This document shows positions 10,264 to 19,993 of a stretch of 64,000 bases of DNA, piece after piece. Below the pieces are notes generated by a model. The model ran no database searches. It had not been told where the DNA came from and worked only from the letters and a program-made list of their open reading frames with translations. Positions within the stretch are counted from its first letter, which is position 1; each line of letters starts with the position of its first letter. The position numbers and the translations under genes are program-made. The DNA comes from Promethearchaeota archaeon (GTDB lineage: Archaea; Asgardarchaeota; Lokiarchaeia; Sigyniarchaeales; SOKP01), in contig JABCSY010000003.1 of assembly GCA_018238625.1 (NCBI GenBank), forward strand, positions 1,764 to 65,763, in the 5' to 3' direction.

Positions 10264-10632
10264 TTGAAAAAAGTGGAAAAAATGGGAGAAAAATTCGCGT
10301 TATTTGCGTTTAATGGAGATCCTATGTGTTTTATTCACGTTGTATTGAACGCGTTAGATCTTGACAAGAAGGGATTTGAAGTAAAAGTAATCGTCGAAGG
10401 TTCAGCTACGAAATTAGCGGAGCAATTCGAAAACAAAGAGAATCCTTTCTTTAAGCTTTATCAAGAGCTAAAAGAATCGGGTTTAATCGATTGTTTCTGC
10501 AAAGCGTGTTGTAATAAAATGGGATCTTTAGATAAAGTTGAGAAGCTAGGCTTTCCTCTCTGCGACGAACTAATGGGGCATCCTAGTATGGCTAGCTACA
10601 TCAAAAAAGGATTTACAATAATTACATTTTGA
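10264..10632 (+). CDS. DsrE/DsrF-like family protein
   Basis: About 120 aa with the alpha/beta pattern FALFAFNGDP..VKVIVEGSATKL..CKACCNKMG. The real start may be the ATG at 10282. Confidence 0.45.
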   Translation: MKKVEKMGEKFALFAFNGDPMCFIHVVLNALDLDKKGFEVKVIVEGSATKLAEQFENKENPFFKLYQELKESGLIDCFCKACCNKMGSLDKVEKLGFPLCDELMGHPSMASYIKKGFTIITF

Positions 10633-10636
10633 TAAT

Positions 10637-11926
10637 TCAAAAAGATTCTGCTCCTAACGATAAATAGGCAAACCTAGCAACTGCTGATAGAATTTGGCTA
10701 TAGAAGATTAACATCAAAATCCCTATTATTAGGAAAGAACAAAAAGTTATGAGAACAGAATAATCTAATTTTTTAATTTTTTTAGAAGCTCTCTTATAAT
10801 GTTTAATTTTTTCGTACCTATAATAAAGAACAATTGAAGAAATTGCAATCATAATGATTAAATTAAGGTAAATTAGGGATTTTACTATAGAAAAACCGTA
10901 CTTCCATACAATTATTCCATTTCTATTCACCTCTAAAATAATTCCGTTATAAGCACTACTAATTAAGATGTTTCCATTATCTAATAAATCTGCTTCGTAA
11001 GGAATAATTAAATCTTGAGCAAAACTCCACACAATTTGTTTACTGTCTTTGTTAACTTCTATAATTCTACTATTACTACTGTCTGTAATCAATATATTTC
11101 CATTACTCAACTCGTCAGCGTCTCTCGGCCAATTTAATCCTTGGTCTAACTGCCACTCTACTTCTTTTGTTGTATAATTTATTTCAATAATTCGATCGTT
11201 TCCAGAATCAGAGATAATTACATTTCCACTATCTAAATAATCGGGATTATGTTGTCTAAATAAGAGAGTGTGGTTTTCAAAATCGCCATACCACCAGATT
11301 ATATTATCTGAATTATTTGGGTCGTTAAAATCTGCGGTGTAATTAACCTCTACTATCAAATCAAAATTTCTTATAGAAATTAAACATGAATTCCAAGTAC
11401 TATATTGTTTAAAATCCACATCGTTAAGATGGGACCAGTCATAAGTTAAAGGATTATTATAATAATGATCTGAACCCCATTCAGGATTAACTTTAGTCCA
11501 ATTTATTTGTGCTGGCTCCCAACTCCAAATTATACTCTTATTAGGATAGTCCACTTCTATTACTCTATTATAACCCGTGTCGGCAATTAATAAATGCCCG
11601 TTAGGCAATTCTAAAACCTCGTGAGGGTATGCCAAACCCCTTAGTTCCCAGATTACATTTCCCGCTGGATCAACTTCAGATATTTTATGGGCGGGGTTAT
11701 TCGGTTCTACTGGTTTTTGATCGTCAACTCTATTTAAGTGATTTAACATTTCAGAAAAAGAAGCAGACACTATTAAGGTATTTCCATTAGTTTTACGGTC
11801 AGCATCGTGAGGTACATCAATCAATTCAAGGTTATTAAATACAAAAAACATTATAATATTTGAAGATAACAATAAGATTACGAAAAACAGAAGAATTTTG
11901 TATCTTAATCTTAATTTTCTTAACAT
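10637..11926 (-). CDS. Membrane-anchored beta-propeller protein (arylsulfotransferase/NHL-like repeats)
   Basis: N- and C-terminal hydrophobic segments. Repeated blades: NGHLLIADTGYNRVIEVD, GNVIISDSGNDRIIEINY, GNILITDSSNSRIIEVN, GNILISSAYNGIILEVN. Confidence 0.5.
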   Translation of the reverse strand: MLRKLRLRYKILLFFVILLLSSNIIMFFVFNNLELIDVPHDADRKTNGNTLIVSASFSEMLNHLNRVDDQKPVEPNNPAHKISEVDPAGNVIWELRGLAYPHEVLELPNGHLLIADTGYNRVIEVDYPNKSIIWSWEPAQINWTKVNPEWGSDHYYNNPLTYDWSHLNDVDFKQYSTWNSCLISIRNFDLIVEVNYTADFNDPNNSDNIIWWYGDFENHTLLFRQHNPDYLDSGNVIISDSGNDRIIEINYTTKEVEWQLDQGLNWPRDADELSNGNILITDSSNSRIIEVNKDSKQIVWSFAQDLIIPYEADLLDNGNILISSAYNGIILEVNRNGIIVWKYGFSIVKSLIYLNLIIMIAISSIVLYYRYEKIKHYKRASKKIKKLDYSVLITFCSFLIIGILMLIFYSQILSAVARFAYLSLGAESF

Positions 11927-12032
11927 AAATCAGATTTTGCTTTTATTATATAAATAAGTTTCGCGTAGTTTATAAATTAATGAAGAATTATAAAAAATAT
12001 TTGATAATTCAAAAAAAATAGAGAATTTGAAA

Positions 12033-13118
12033 ATGACTGAAGCAAACATATATTTCGAAACCAATGCCAATCTAGAAATAGTAAAAGATAAGAAAATTGC
12101 AATAATAGGGTATGGAAATCAAGGAAGAGCTCAAGCACTTAACCTAAGAGACAGTGGTCTGGATGTGATAATTGGTAATAAAGAAGACTCTTACAAAGAA
12201 AAAGCCTTGAAGGATGGTTTTAAGAGATTCACCATCTCTGAGGCTGTAAAGCGCGCAGATATTGTCTTTCTACTAACTCCAGACGAGACTATGCCAGATA
12301 TGTTTGAAAAAGAAATTGAGCCAAATCTTAAGGATGGAGCTTGTATAAATTTTGCAAGCGGGTATAACATTGCTTTCAATCTTATAAATCCTCCAGATAA
12401 CATTGATGTAATAATGGTCGCTCCGCGTATGATAGGTGTTGGTGTCAGAGAGAATTACCTTAACGGAGAAGGTTTTTACAGTTTTATTGGAGTACATCGG
12501 GAAGTAACTGGAAATGCTAAACAAATCCTGTTAGCACTTGCAAAAGCACTAGGAACTCTGAAAAAAGGGTGTGTTGAAATATCAATGAAACAAGAAGCGA
12601 CATTAGATTTGTTCAATGAACAGGCGTTTGGTCCCGCATTTGGAAGAGTTCTTTTAACATGCATTAAAGTTTTAATTAAAAATGGTCTTCCTCCTGAGGC
12701 AGTTCTTATTGAAATGTACATGAGCAATGAAATGTCATATACATATCAAAAAATGGCTCAAATAGGGCTCGTGAAGCAAACAAATTTCCATTCTCATACT
12801 TCTCAATATGGAGCAATGTCAAGAGGAATTAGATATCTAAAACTGCCTTTGGAAGAGAAAATGCAAAGGTCTTATGATGAAATAGCATCTGGAAAATTTG
12901 CAAAAGAATGGTCTGGAAAAGTCTCAAAACTTAAATTTAAAATTATAAAATATTTCGCCATGAAACAAGAAATAAACAAGATTGAACAAGAAGTCCGCAA
13001 AAATTTAAAATTGAAAGATTTTGATGTATACTCCGCTCCTGAGAATATTGAAGAACTTTTAAAAAAACCTGAGGTCAAAAACGAGTTAAAAAACATAATG
13101 GATTCTTTTGAATTTTAG
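12033..13118 (+). CDS. ilvC: Ketol-acid reductoisomerase
   Basis: KIAIIGYGNQGRAQALNLRDSGLDVIIG Rossmann motif and an IlvC-like knotted C-domain. The track starts at TTG 12027; the ATG at 12033 is preferred. Confidence 0.9.
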   Translation: MTEANIYFETNANLEIVKDKKIAIIGYGNQGRAQALNLRDSGLDVIIGNKEDSYKEKALKDGFKRFTISEAVKRADIVFLLTPDETMPDMFEKEIEPNLKDGACINFASGYNIAFNLINPPDNIDVIMVAPRMIGVGVRENYLNGEGFYSFIGVHREVTGNAKQILLALAKALGTLKKGCVEISMKQEATLDLFNEQAFGPAFGRVLLTCIKVLIKNGLPPEAVLIEMYMSNEMSYTYQKMAQIGLVKQTNFHSHTSQYGAMSRGIRYLKLPLEEKMQRSYDEIASGKFAKEWSGKVSKLKFKIIKYFAMKQEINKIEQEVRKNLKLKDFDVYSAPENIEELLKKPEVKNELKNIMDSFEF

Positions 13119-13155
13119 CACTTATTAAAGGGGTTAAATTGCTTTTAAAAGAGAT

Positions 13156-13986
13156 GTGTTTAAAATGACTAATGAAAATATTATCATTGGATTAATTCTT
13201 GGATTAATTGCTTATATCTGTCTTGATATAGGGAAAGGAATCCAAAAGTATGCAATTGAAGGTTTTAAAGAAGAAAACTCGATTAAGAAAAAGAATTCTG
13301 GAATATGGGTCGTTGGAACTATTTTAACAAGTTTGTACATGTTCATCCAATGGGCTGCTTTATATTTTGCCCCAATTAATATCGTAGCTCCATTAGAAGG
13401 TGTAGGGTTAATCATTCTTTTACTTTTTTCTTATTATATCTTAAAAGAACATATAACCCCTGTTGAAATTAGTGGTGTCTTTTTCATAATTGTTGGAACT
13501 GTTTTAGTAACACTGTTTAACATAAATGTTGGAAGCACTAGCATGAGTAATTTCAACCTACCTTTTTTCTTGTGTTTTTCTATAATTATTCTCGTAATTG
13601 AGGTGACTTTTATTATTATATCTAAATTAAATGATTATAAATTAGTTGGAATAACTATTGCATTTACAGCAGGAACCACTAATGCATTGCAAACTGTTTC
13701 AAAGCGGATTACAACTATTCCCGAAATGACTTTATATTTCACATTAGCTACATTTATTTTTGCGATATCAACTTTACTTATAACTCAATACGCCTTCACT
13801 AAAGCAAAAGCTAATCAAGTTATACCTTGTTTTACATCTACTAGCATTATTTTGGCATCCTTAATGAGTATTTTAGCTTTAAATGGAAGTATTAGTTGGA
13901 TTCAAGTTATTGGAATTATTTTAATTGTAATTGGGATTATATTAATTTCAGCATTTCAAAAAGAAAGCGAAAACTTAACTAAATAA
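13156..13986 (+). CDS. DMT-superfamily membrane protein (NIPA/EamA-like)
   Basis: 276 aa with about 9 hydrophobic helices. GKGIQKYAIEG resembles the NIPA Mg2+ transporter motif. Confidence 0.45.
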   Translation: MFKMTNENIIIGLILGLIAYICLDIGKGIQKYAIEGFKEENSIKKKNSGIWVVGTILTSLYMFIQWAALYFAPINIVAPLEGVGLIILLLFSYYILKEHITPVEISGVFFIIVGTVLVTLFNINVGSTSMSNFNLPFFLCFSIIILVIEVTFIIISKLNDYKLVGITIAFTAGTTNALQTVSKRITTIPEMTLYFTLATFIFAISTLLITQYAFTKAKANQVIPCFTSTSIILASLMSILALNGSISWIQVIGIILIVIGIILISAFQKESENLTK

Positions 13987-14011
13987 AAATAAGTCGTTAG
14001 ATAATCTTCCA

Positions 14012-14392
14012 TCAATCCTTTTTAAAAATTATGTCTCCAATGCCAATCCATTCTTTGGCGTCCTCAAGGTTGGATACGATTTTTCTTTTAGAAGATTCAG
14101 CGTGCTCTAGAAGATATTTGAATTCTACGCCTAATGGTGGGTTTTTCGAGATTATAAATACAGATTTACTAAGTTTTTCATTGTTTCGTTTTAGTAAATC
14201 TAAGATTATTTCGATTGACTCTATCTGTAAAAGAATCGCTTCGGTAATGTCGATAATTACATTCAAATTCTCGTGAATATCTTTAGTTAAATCCTCAAAT
14301 TCTATTACAAATCTTTCAGTTACAGGTAAAGGGAAGGTTCCAATTGCTTTTATGTAAAAACTATTGTCACCTATTTTCTCAATTTGATACAT
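14012..14392 (-). CDS. Hypothetical protein, possibly STAS/SpoIIAA-like
   Basis: 126-aa ORF with an alternating beta/alpha pattern. Weak similarity only. Confidence 0.3.
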   Translation of the reverse strand: MYQIEKIGDNSFYIKAIGTFPLPVTERFVIEFEDLTKDIHENLNVIIDITEAILLQIESIEIILDLLKRNNEKLSKSVFIISKNPPLGVEFKYLLEHAESSKRKIVSNLEDAKEWIGIGDIIFKKD

Positions 14393-14498
14393 TTTATTTT
14401 ATGTAAATTTTTCTGTTTTAAATAAGAGTATACCAAATTGTTTATATTAACTTTTTTATTTTTAGTTCCATCTTATTTTATAAATTTGTTAAAATCCC

Positions 14499-15791
14499 TT
14501 GAAGACAAACGATTTATGCCATGTTCCATTTAAAAATGTAATGAAAAGAGGAGAAAAAATATCGGAAAGCATTTCCACAACGGATAAATCAGACCGAGTA
14601 AGAAGAAGAAATTTGTGGTCCCAGATCATTATGAATCTCGTACATGGATTTGGATTTAGTGCTTTTAATGTTGTTCTTCAACCTTTCATAGTAAATTTTA
14701 CAGGCTCTCTCTTTTTCACAGGTATTATAATTTCAATTTCAAGCATAATGCAATTTTTACCAATGCCCTTTATAGGAATTTTGTCCGATAAATATGGTCT
14801 CAAGAAAATATGGTTATTTGGCCCCCCTATTTACGCATTTGGATTAATGATATTAATCGTTACAAATAATATCCCCCTTCTTATAATAGGGGTTCTCATC
14901 TATATGTTGGGAGCTATGGTTAATAGTTTAAATTTTCAAATATTCGTATCTGAAAACAGTGGTGGAACTAAAAAGGGAATAATGTACGGTCTTGTATTCT
15001 TCGCATTTTTTGGAGGAAGTATTGGGGGTACATCCTTAGTTATGCTCGATTTCGGGTTGAGTTTTCAATTCTATTGTCAAATTTTCATAACCATTCTAAT
15101 AATTGAGTGGCTTATTCTAGTTTTAATTATTAGAAGTCCAAATGCTATTGAAAAACACAGAGAATTAGAATTAATAAAAACAGCAAAGCTAAAACAGAAA
15201 AAAGGAACTAAACTCTTTCAAAACCCCAAAATAAAAGTAGCTACTATTTTCTTTACGTTAGATGTTTTTGTATGGGGTATAGCTTTATCTATATACAATG
15301 CTGGTTTAACAACTTATTATCATTTCACACCTGCAGAAATTGCTTCTATAGCTGTATGGTTTCACATTTCAAATATGGTTTCCCAGATTCCCGCTGGAAA
15401 AATTGCAGATAAGATTGGGATTAAAAAATGTTTAATTATTAGTCAATATTTTGGAATGGTGTTTTTTTCCATGAACATTTTGATTTCGGTTTTATGGTCG
15501 CAAGGGATTACAGGATTCGCTTTTCTTGGATTAATCATTGGAGAAATATTTTTTGGAATTGCCGTAACTACTTTTATCCCTTCTGAGCAGATGACCTTAA
15601 CTAATTTAGATGAAAGCAGAAAAGCCGAGTCTTATGGGATTGTAGCATTTATCAGAGGGATTGGTATGATGCCTACTGGAGCAATTGGGGGCTTCCTTGC
15701 AGAAAGCGTGCATTACATTGCTCCTTTTGCCGTAGCTTTAGTAGGTTTGGTTTTTGAAATATGGTTTTTAGCGAAATATTTTAAGGATTAA
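14499..15791 (+). CDS. MFS transporter
   Basis: 430 aa, about 12 TM segments, with the MFS loop motif GILSDKYGLKK between TM2 and TM3. Confidence 0.7.
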   Translation: MKTNDLCHVPFKNVMKRGEKISESISTTDKSDRVRRRNLWSQIIMNLVHGFGFSAFNVVLQPFIVNFTGSLFFTGIIISISSIMQFLPMPFIGILSDKYGLKKIWLFGPPIYAFGLMILIVTNNIPLLIIGVLIYMLGAMVNSLNFQIFVSENSGGTKKGIMYGLVFFAFFGGSIGGTSLVMLDFGLSFQFYCQIFITILIIEWLILVLIIRSPNAIEKHRELELIKTAKLKQKKGTKLFQNPKIKVATIFFTLDVFVWGIALSIYNAGLTTYYHFTPAEIASIAVWFHISNMVSQIPAGKIADKIGIKKCLIISQYFGMVFFSMNILISVLWSQGITGFAFLGLIIGEIFFGIAVTTFIPSEQMTLTNLDESRKAESYGIVAFIRGIGMMPTGAIGGFLAESVHYIAPFAVALVGLVFEIWFLAKYFKD

Positions 15792-15924
15792 TCTTAATCT
15801 CCATCAAATTGGATAAATTACTAAAAATATTAAGGAAAAAAATAAGTTTATTTTTTAATTTATCGTTCATTTGGAAAATTGAAATATTTACTTAATATTT
15901 CAATTAGATTAAAGGGCAATTGAA

Positions 15925-16968
15925 ATGAAAAGTGATGAAGCATATGCTAAAATGTATGTTACTAAAGGTTTAAAGTTTACTAAGCAAGGAGCCCATAAAA
16001 AAGCTCTTAGAGCTTATAAAAAAGCGAAACTTTTGGATCCTAAAAACGCATGGGCATGGACTAATACGGGATATTCTTATTTTCAGCTAAGGGATTTGGA
16101 CAAGGCACTTCTTAACTATTTAGAAGCAGTTAAAATTGATCCTCAAAATTGGCAAGCTTGGATCAATTTAGCTGTTGCATGTGAAACAGATGCAAAATTC
16201 GATGCCGCTCTTAAGGCATATGGACAAGCTCGAAAGATTAATCCTAAAAATGCATGGGCTTGGCATGGCGCAGGACTCATGTATTACTATCTGGGAGACT
16301 CTGAAAAAGCAATTTCATATTTGAAAGAAGCAGTTAGGCGAAAATTAGGCATTAAAAAGATAAGAGAAACCCTTCAAATTGTTACGGGCCAAAGGGATAT
16401 AAGATCTCCAATCCTTCATTTTAAAAGATGGTCTAATCCTTTACTTTTGGGAAAAATTAAGAAACTTATAGAAAATTCTATTCCTGATAAATGTTTATAT
16501 TGCGGGTCAAATGTTAAAGAAGGAGAAAATCAAGAATTTGTATGCGCCCAAAAACTTCGAAAGCATATATGGTTAATAAATTATAAATTACCATATCAAG
16601 CAAAAGGGGATACAAAATCGATGCAAAGTGTTGAAGTTACAAAATACCACCAAAGTTTATCAGATTATTTGTGTAGTACAAAAGGAGATTTATTTTATTA
16701 TACAACAAAATCTAATGAAATGAAATTATTGCGTGATATGGTTAGAGTGATGAAATTTTCAGCAGATTTCATGATTCCATTAAAGGGAACATTGTGCAAG
16801 GATTGTTCAAATAAATTTTTACCAAGTGCGAAAGAATTATTTAATGATTTAAAAATTGGAAAGTGGGCAAAAGAGATAGATCATTCTGTGACTAGTATCT
16901 ATAAAAATTATTATAAACTTGTTAGTTTATGGGTGGATAAAGCTTCTGAGAGGTTAAATATTAAATAA
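15925..16968 (+). CDS. TPR-repeat protein with Cys-containing C-terminal domain
   Basis: Four to five 34-aa repeats with recurring DPKNAWAW / DPQNWQAW / NPKNAWAW. C-terminal CLYCGS...C...CKDC. Confidence 0.65.
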   Translation: MKSDEAYAKMYVTKGLKFTKQGAHKKALRAYKKAKLLDPKNAWAWTNTGYSYFQLRDLDKALLNYLEAVKIDPQNWQAWINLAVACETDAKFDAALKAYGQARKINPKNAWAWHGAGLMYYYLGDSEKAISYLKEAVRRKLGIKKIRETLQIVTGQRDIRSPILHFKRWSNPLLLGKIKKLIENSIPDKCLYCGSNVKEGENQEFVCAQKLRKHIWLINYKLPYQAKGDTKSMQSVEVTKYHQSLSDYLCSTKGDLFYYTTKSNEMKLLRDMVRVMKFSADFMIPLKGTLCKDCSNKFLPSAKELFNDLKIGKWAKEIDHSVTSIYKNYYKLVSLWVDKASERLNIK

Positions 16969-17188
16969 TTTTTTTTAGTTATAAAAGAATTAATAAAATT
17001 GCATCTGACTAATCTACTAAACATTTAAAAAAGCTAAGAATTTTATTGGCTCTTACCTTGCAAAAGAATTAAACGCGTCATACTTCGATAAACATGTTAT
17101 AGATATTAATGAATTTGAAGATATCTTTGCTTTTATTTCACTCCAATTACTCGTAAGATGTCAAAATGCGCTAAAATAATATATTTTT

Positions 17189-17938
17189 TTATTTTTTTTC
17201 AGAGACATTTAAATCAAAATCAAATAGTTTGTCTTGGATTTTGTTCCTAATTTCCTTAGAGATGTTGTTTATTATTTCTTCAGGTACATATTCCAAGTAG
17301 GCGTACAACTCATTTTGAATAATCAACCCAATTTCACTCATCGATTTTTCAATAGTTTCGTGTTTTCTTAAATAAATGTTTTTGTATGTTTGTATATACT
17401 TTACATTAAACTTTTTAAGCCAATTTTTACCCTTATTTTCCAATATCCTAAGGACTTCTCTGGAACTCGCATCGTTAAAATTCTCGAATTCGTATTTGTA
17501 TTTAGTTAGCTTATCTTCGCAGTATTTTAAAACTTGAGCTCTTTCTTTTGAAGTCAAATTAGTTTGAGAATTTAGAAAAACAATAACCATATATTCGAAT
17601 AAGAAATATATCTGAGCTTTAATGTTGGAACCATAGATTTCAAGATGGGACAGGTTTTTTATGTTGGTTTGTCCCGCAAATATTTTAAATGAACTCAAAT
17701 ACATGGAAATTAGATCGAGTTCCAGAAGACTTTTATCTCCTTCTGATAGATAAGACTTGATTGGACCGTAACCATTATCGCTTTTTGGACCATACTCAAA
17801 AACGGTTATGGTATTTCCGTATTGATCTGAGACGATAATACCAATGATGGGCGGTATAGAGTTAAAATTATGTGTGCGATATGCCGTTTCGGTTAATTTT
17901 TTTTCAACGAAACTATCGTCTTTTTGAGTTCCAAGCAC
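17189..17938 (-). CDS. Hypothetical protein, N-terminal Roadblock/LC7-like or longin-like domain (tentative)
   Basis: IIGIIVSDQYGNTITVFEY...LISMYLSSFKIFAGQ...IKAQIYFLFEYMVIVFL has the alpha-beta pattern of roadblock-type domains. Not verified. Confidence 0.3.
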   Translation of the reverse strand: MLGTQKDDSFVEKKLTETAYRTHNFNSIPPIIGIIVSDQYGNTITVFEYGPKSDNGYGPIKSYLSEGDKSLLELDLISMYLSSFKIFAGQTNIKNLSHLEIYGSNIKAQIYFLFEYMVIVFLNSQTNLTSKERAQVLKYCEDKLTKYKYEFENFNDASSREVLRILENKGKNWLKKFNVKYIQTYKNIYLRKHETIEKSMSEIGLIIQNELYAYLEYVPEEIINNISKEIRNKIQDKLFDFDLNVSEKK

Positions 17939-18000
17939 AAATCAAAATAAATAATAACGCTATAAAGATAAGAGGGAGTGCTGATTTTTAGGAAAAAAGC

Positions 18001-18030
18001 GAGAGATTCCGACATTTATGATCGTGAAAC
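18001..18030. repeat. Left copy of the direct repeat flanking the vapBC cassette
   Basis: gagagat[tccgacat]ttatgatcgtgaaac matches 18887-18908 (gagagatttatgatcgtgaaac) apart from an 8-nt insertion. Confidence 0.7.
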
Positions 18031-18135
18031 TTGATAGCAATATAACAATCAATTGGGCAAAATTGGGATGATAAAGGGAAAAAAGATATCATTTAAATTG
18101 TAAAAACTCTTAGATTCTAAAATTTACTATTGAGA

Positions 18136-18540
18136 CTATTTCCAAGATCTTAGTTGTAATTTGAAGATTTCTTCAAATTTTTTATCAGTAGAATAAATGA
18201 TACTTGTATTGTATTTTTTACAAGTCATAGCAATTATCTCATCATGTAATTCGTGGCTTTTGATGTTTTCTATCATTAATTTGATAATTTCAATGTCAAA
18301 ATCATCAATTATTACATTTTCAGATTTTTCCCATCTCTCAATGGCTCTTTTAACCGCATCTACTTTACCCGTTTTTCGCATTTTCCACAATAATTCAGAT
18401 ATTGCAATAGTGGGAATTATTACAGTTATTTCTCCATCTATTACTTTTTTCTTCAGTTCTTGAAGCGTTGACGGGACTTTTTTGTAGTCATAATGGAAAT
18501 AAAATAAGACTTGTGCATCAATTACTGCTTTTTCTGTCAT
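18136..18540 (-). CDS. vapC: PIN-domain ribonuclease toxin
   Basis: 134 aa. N-terminal acidic VIDAQVLF, central E (ISELLW) and C-terminal D residues, in a PIN-like layout immediately downstream of an AbrB-type antitoxin. Confidence 0.7.
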   Translation of the reverse strand: MTEKAVIDAQVLFYFHYDYKKVPSTLQELKKKVIDGEITVIIPTIAISELLWKMRKTGKVDAVKRAIERWEKSENVIIDDFDIEIIKLMIENIKSHELHDEIIAMTCKKYNTSIIYSTDKKFEEIFKLQLRSWK

Positions 18541-18560
18541 TTTAGCTCAACAAAAAGTAA

Positions 18561-18821
18561 TTAATCTTTATTTGGAAACAATGATCTTTTTGCTTCTTCT
18601 AGCTCTTCGTCTGTGAATGGGGAAACTCCTTCAAACAGGTTATCTTCAATTTCGAGGGGATGGATCTTTTTTCTAATTAGGATTACCTTATCCTCATTTA
18701 ATTCCATTTCGACTAAATTTGTATCGTTTATAGCTAATTTGTCTCTCCACTCTTTTGGAATGACTATTCTTCCATTTGAAGAAACTTTTTGGGTTAATTT
18801 TTCAACCATTTTAAATTTCAA
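18561..18821 (-). CDS. vapB: AbrB/SpoVT-family antitoxin
   Basis: SSNGRIVIPKEWRDKLAI is the swapped-hairpin AbrB/MazE motif. 86 aa, 20 nt upstream of vapC. Confidence 0.7.
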   Translation of the reverse strand: MKFKMVEKLTQKVSSNGRIVIPKEWRDKLAINDTNLVEMELNEDKVILIRKKIHPLEIEDNLFEGVSPFTDEELEEAKRSLFPNKD

Positions 18822-18886
18822 TTTTTTTAATTGTCATTATATTAATGTAAATGACATCTAATAAATATTATCGCTTACAAAAAAAT

Positions 18887-18908
18887 GAGAGATTTATGAT
18901 CGTGAAAC
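18887..18908. repeat. Right copy of the direct repeat flanking the vapBC cassette
   Basis: gagagatttatgatcgtgaaac. Its 3' part is also the left arm of the palindrome cgtgaaa-N6-tttcacg (18901-18920). Confidence 0.7.
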
Positions 18909-19264
18909 AAGTCTTTCACGCACAAACATATCATATAACTATGTAAAAAACTTTAGGAATTAGGAAAATATAGATATAAAACAGACTAAAATAAAAAGAA
19001 AATTATATTTACCAAAGACTTAGAATCAGACCCGTAATCATAATAGAATTAAAGTGATATCTTGAATCTATAAGATAAGATATTTTTATCTTCAAATAAA
19101 ACATCGTATAAGTCTATAGAAAAGAAAAAATCGATTTCAATAAGTAAGTTAACTAATAAACTAGTTAATACATCATATGTTCCAATTCCTTATTATGATG
19201 TTTTTTATACCCAAGAATATAAAAAAAGGAAATTTTTTATAAGTAAGGAAAAAGAAAAATATAC

Positions 19265-19546
19265 ATGAAAGAATTTAAACTAAATGTAGAAAAAGACGAA
19301 AAATTAAAATCTCAAATTAAAATTGCTGCATACCATCTTTCGAAAAAAGAATTCCCTTATGATGTTTTATGCTGGGAACTTGCTGAATTTCAATTAATTA
19401 CTGAAAAGGGTCATGGAAAATACTCTGAACACGATATTGTCAAAAGAGCTGAGGAAATTTTTGACTCATCTCCTAAATATGATGAATTATGTTGGTTAAT
19501 CTCTGAATTTAAAATGTATCTTAAACAAGAGAATCTATATCCATAA
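19265..19546 (+). CDS. Small protein with two DUF2934-like repeats
   Basis: Internal duplication YDVLCWELAEFQL / YDELCWLISEFKM. Resembles the AY..W...G.P.G.D...W..AE..L motif. Confidence 0.35.
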   Translation: MKEFKLNVEKDEKLKSQIKIAAYHLSKKEFPYDVLCWELAEFQLITEKGHGKYSEHDIVKRAEEIFDSSPKYDELCWLISEFKMYLKQENLYP

Positions 19547-19761
19547 TTTAAAATTTAAGGATTTGAATAACAAAGAATTTGAGGTTTATAAGCTGAAAAG
19601 CAATAATTACTTAAAAATTATTTTTAAAAATTGGATAATTTGTTAGTCTCGAAATTTACGAAAATTTTGGCATTTTCTTTTTACAGGATTACAAGAAAAT
19701 TCTAAGAAAGCAGAATGATAATATTAACTTTTAAAAAAATTACTGAAAATATTAAAAAAAG

Positions 19762-19865
19762 TGGGAGCGACCGGATTTGAACCGGTGACCAACAACTCTG
19801 GAGGCTGCCGCGTTCGGTACTATGCACCGAAAGGACAAAGTTATACCGGGCTTCGCCACGCCCCC
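19762..19865 (-). tRNA. tRNA-Trp: tRNA-Trp (anticodon CCA) with a roughly 30-nt insertion/intron in the D-arm
   Basis: Minus strand: GGGGGCG-TG-GCGA-AGCCCGGTA-T[AACTTTGTCCTTTCGGTGCATAGTACCGAA]CGC-G-GCAGC-CTCCAGA-GTTGT-TGGTC-ACCGG-TTCAAAT-CCGGT-CGCTCCC-A. The 7-bp acceptor, T-arm and anticodon loop CU-CCA-GA are all intact. Removing 30 nt restores a GCGA/TCGC D-stem and a 74-nt tRNA. No CCA is encoded. Confidence 0.75.
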
Positions 19866-19993
19866 GTGATATATATAATAAATTCGTGGCGTAAGGTAAT
19901 TTATATTAAATAACTACAAATTTTTAATTTTATTAATTACTCATAATATTTCAGTTTTATGAAATGTTAAAAAAATTTTGAATTGAAAAAAAC

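Noticed and set aside
17021-17167. Open frame without a start codon reading ..KNFIGSYLAKELNASYFDKHVIDINEFEDIF.., a possible remnant of a Rossmann-type (epimerase-like) gene.
   Set aside because: Only about 48 codons with no start, and the similarity (a GxxGxxG-like tail) is too short to support. Left unannotated.
19866-19920. TATA-like boxes (TTTATTATATATA and TTTAATATAAAT) upstream of tRNA-Trp, considered as promoter annotations.
   Set aside because: Neither sits at the expected distance of about -26 from the mature 5' end, and the whole region is AT-rich. A promoter cannot be placed reliably without TSS data.
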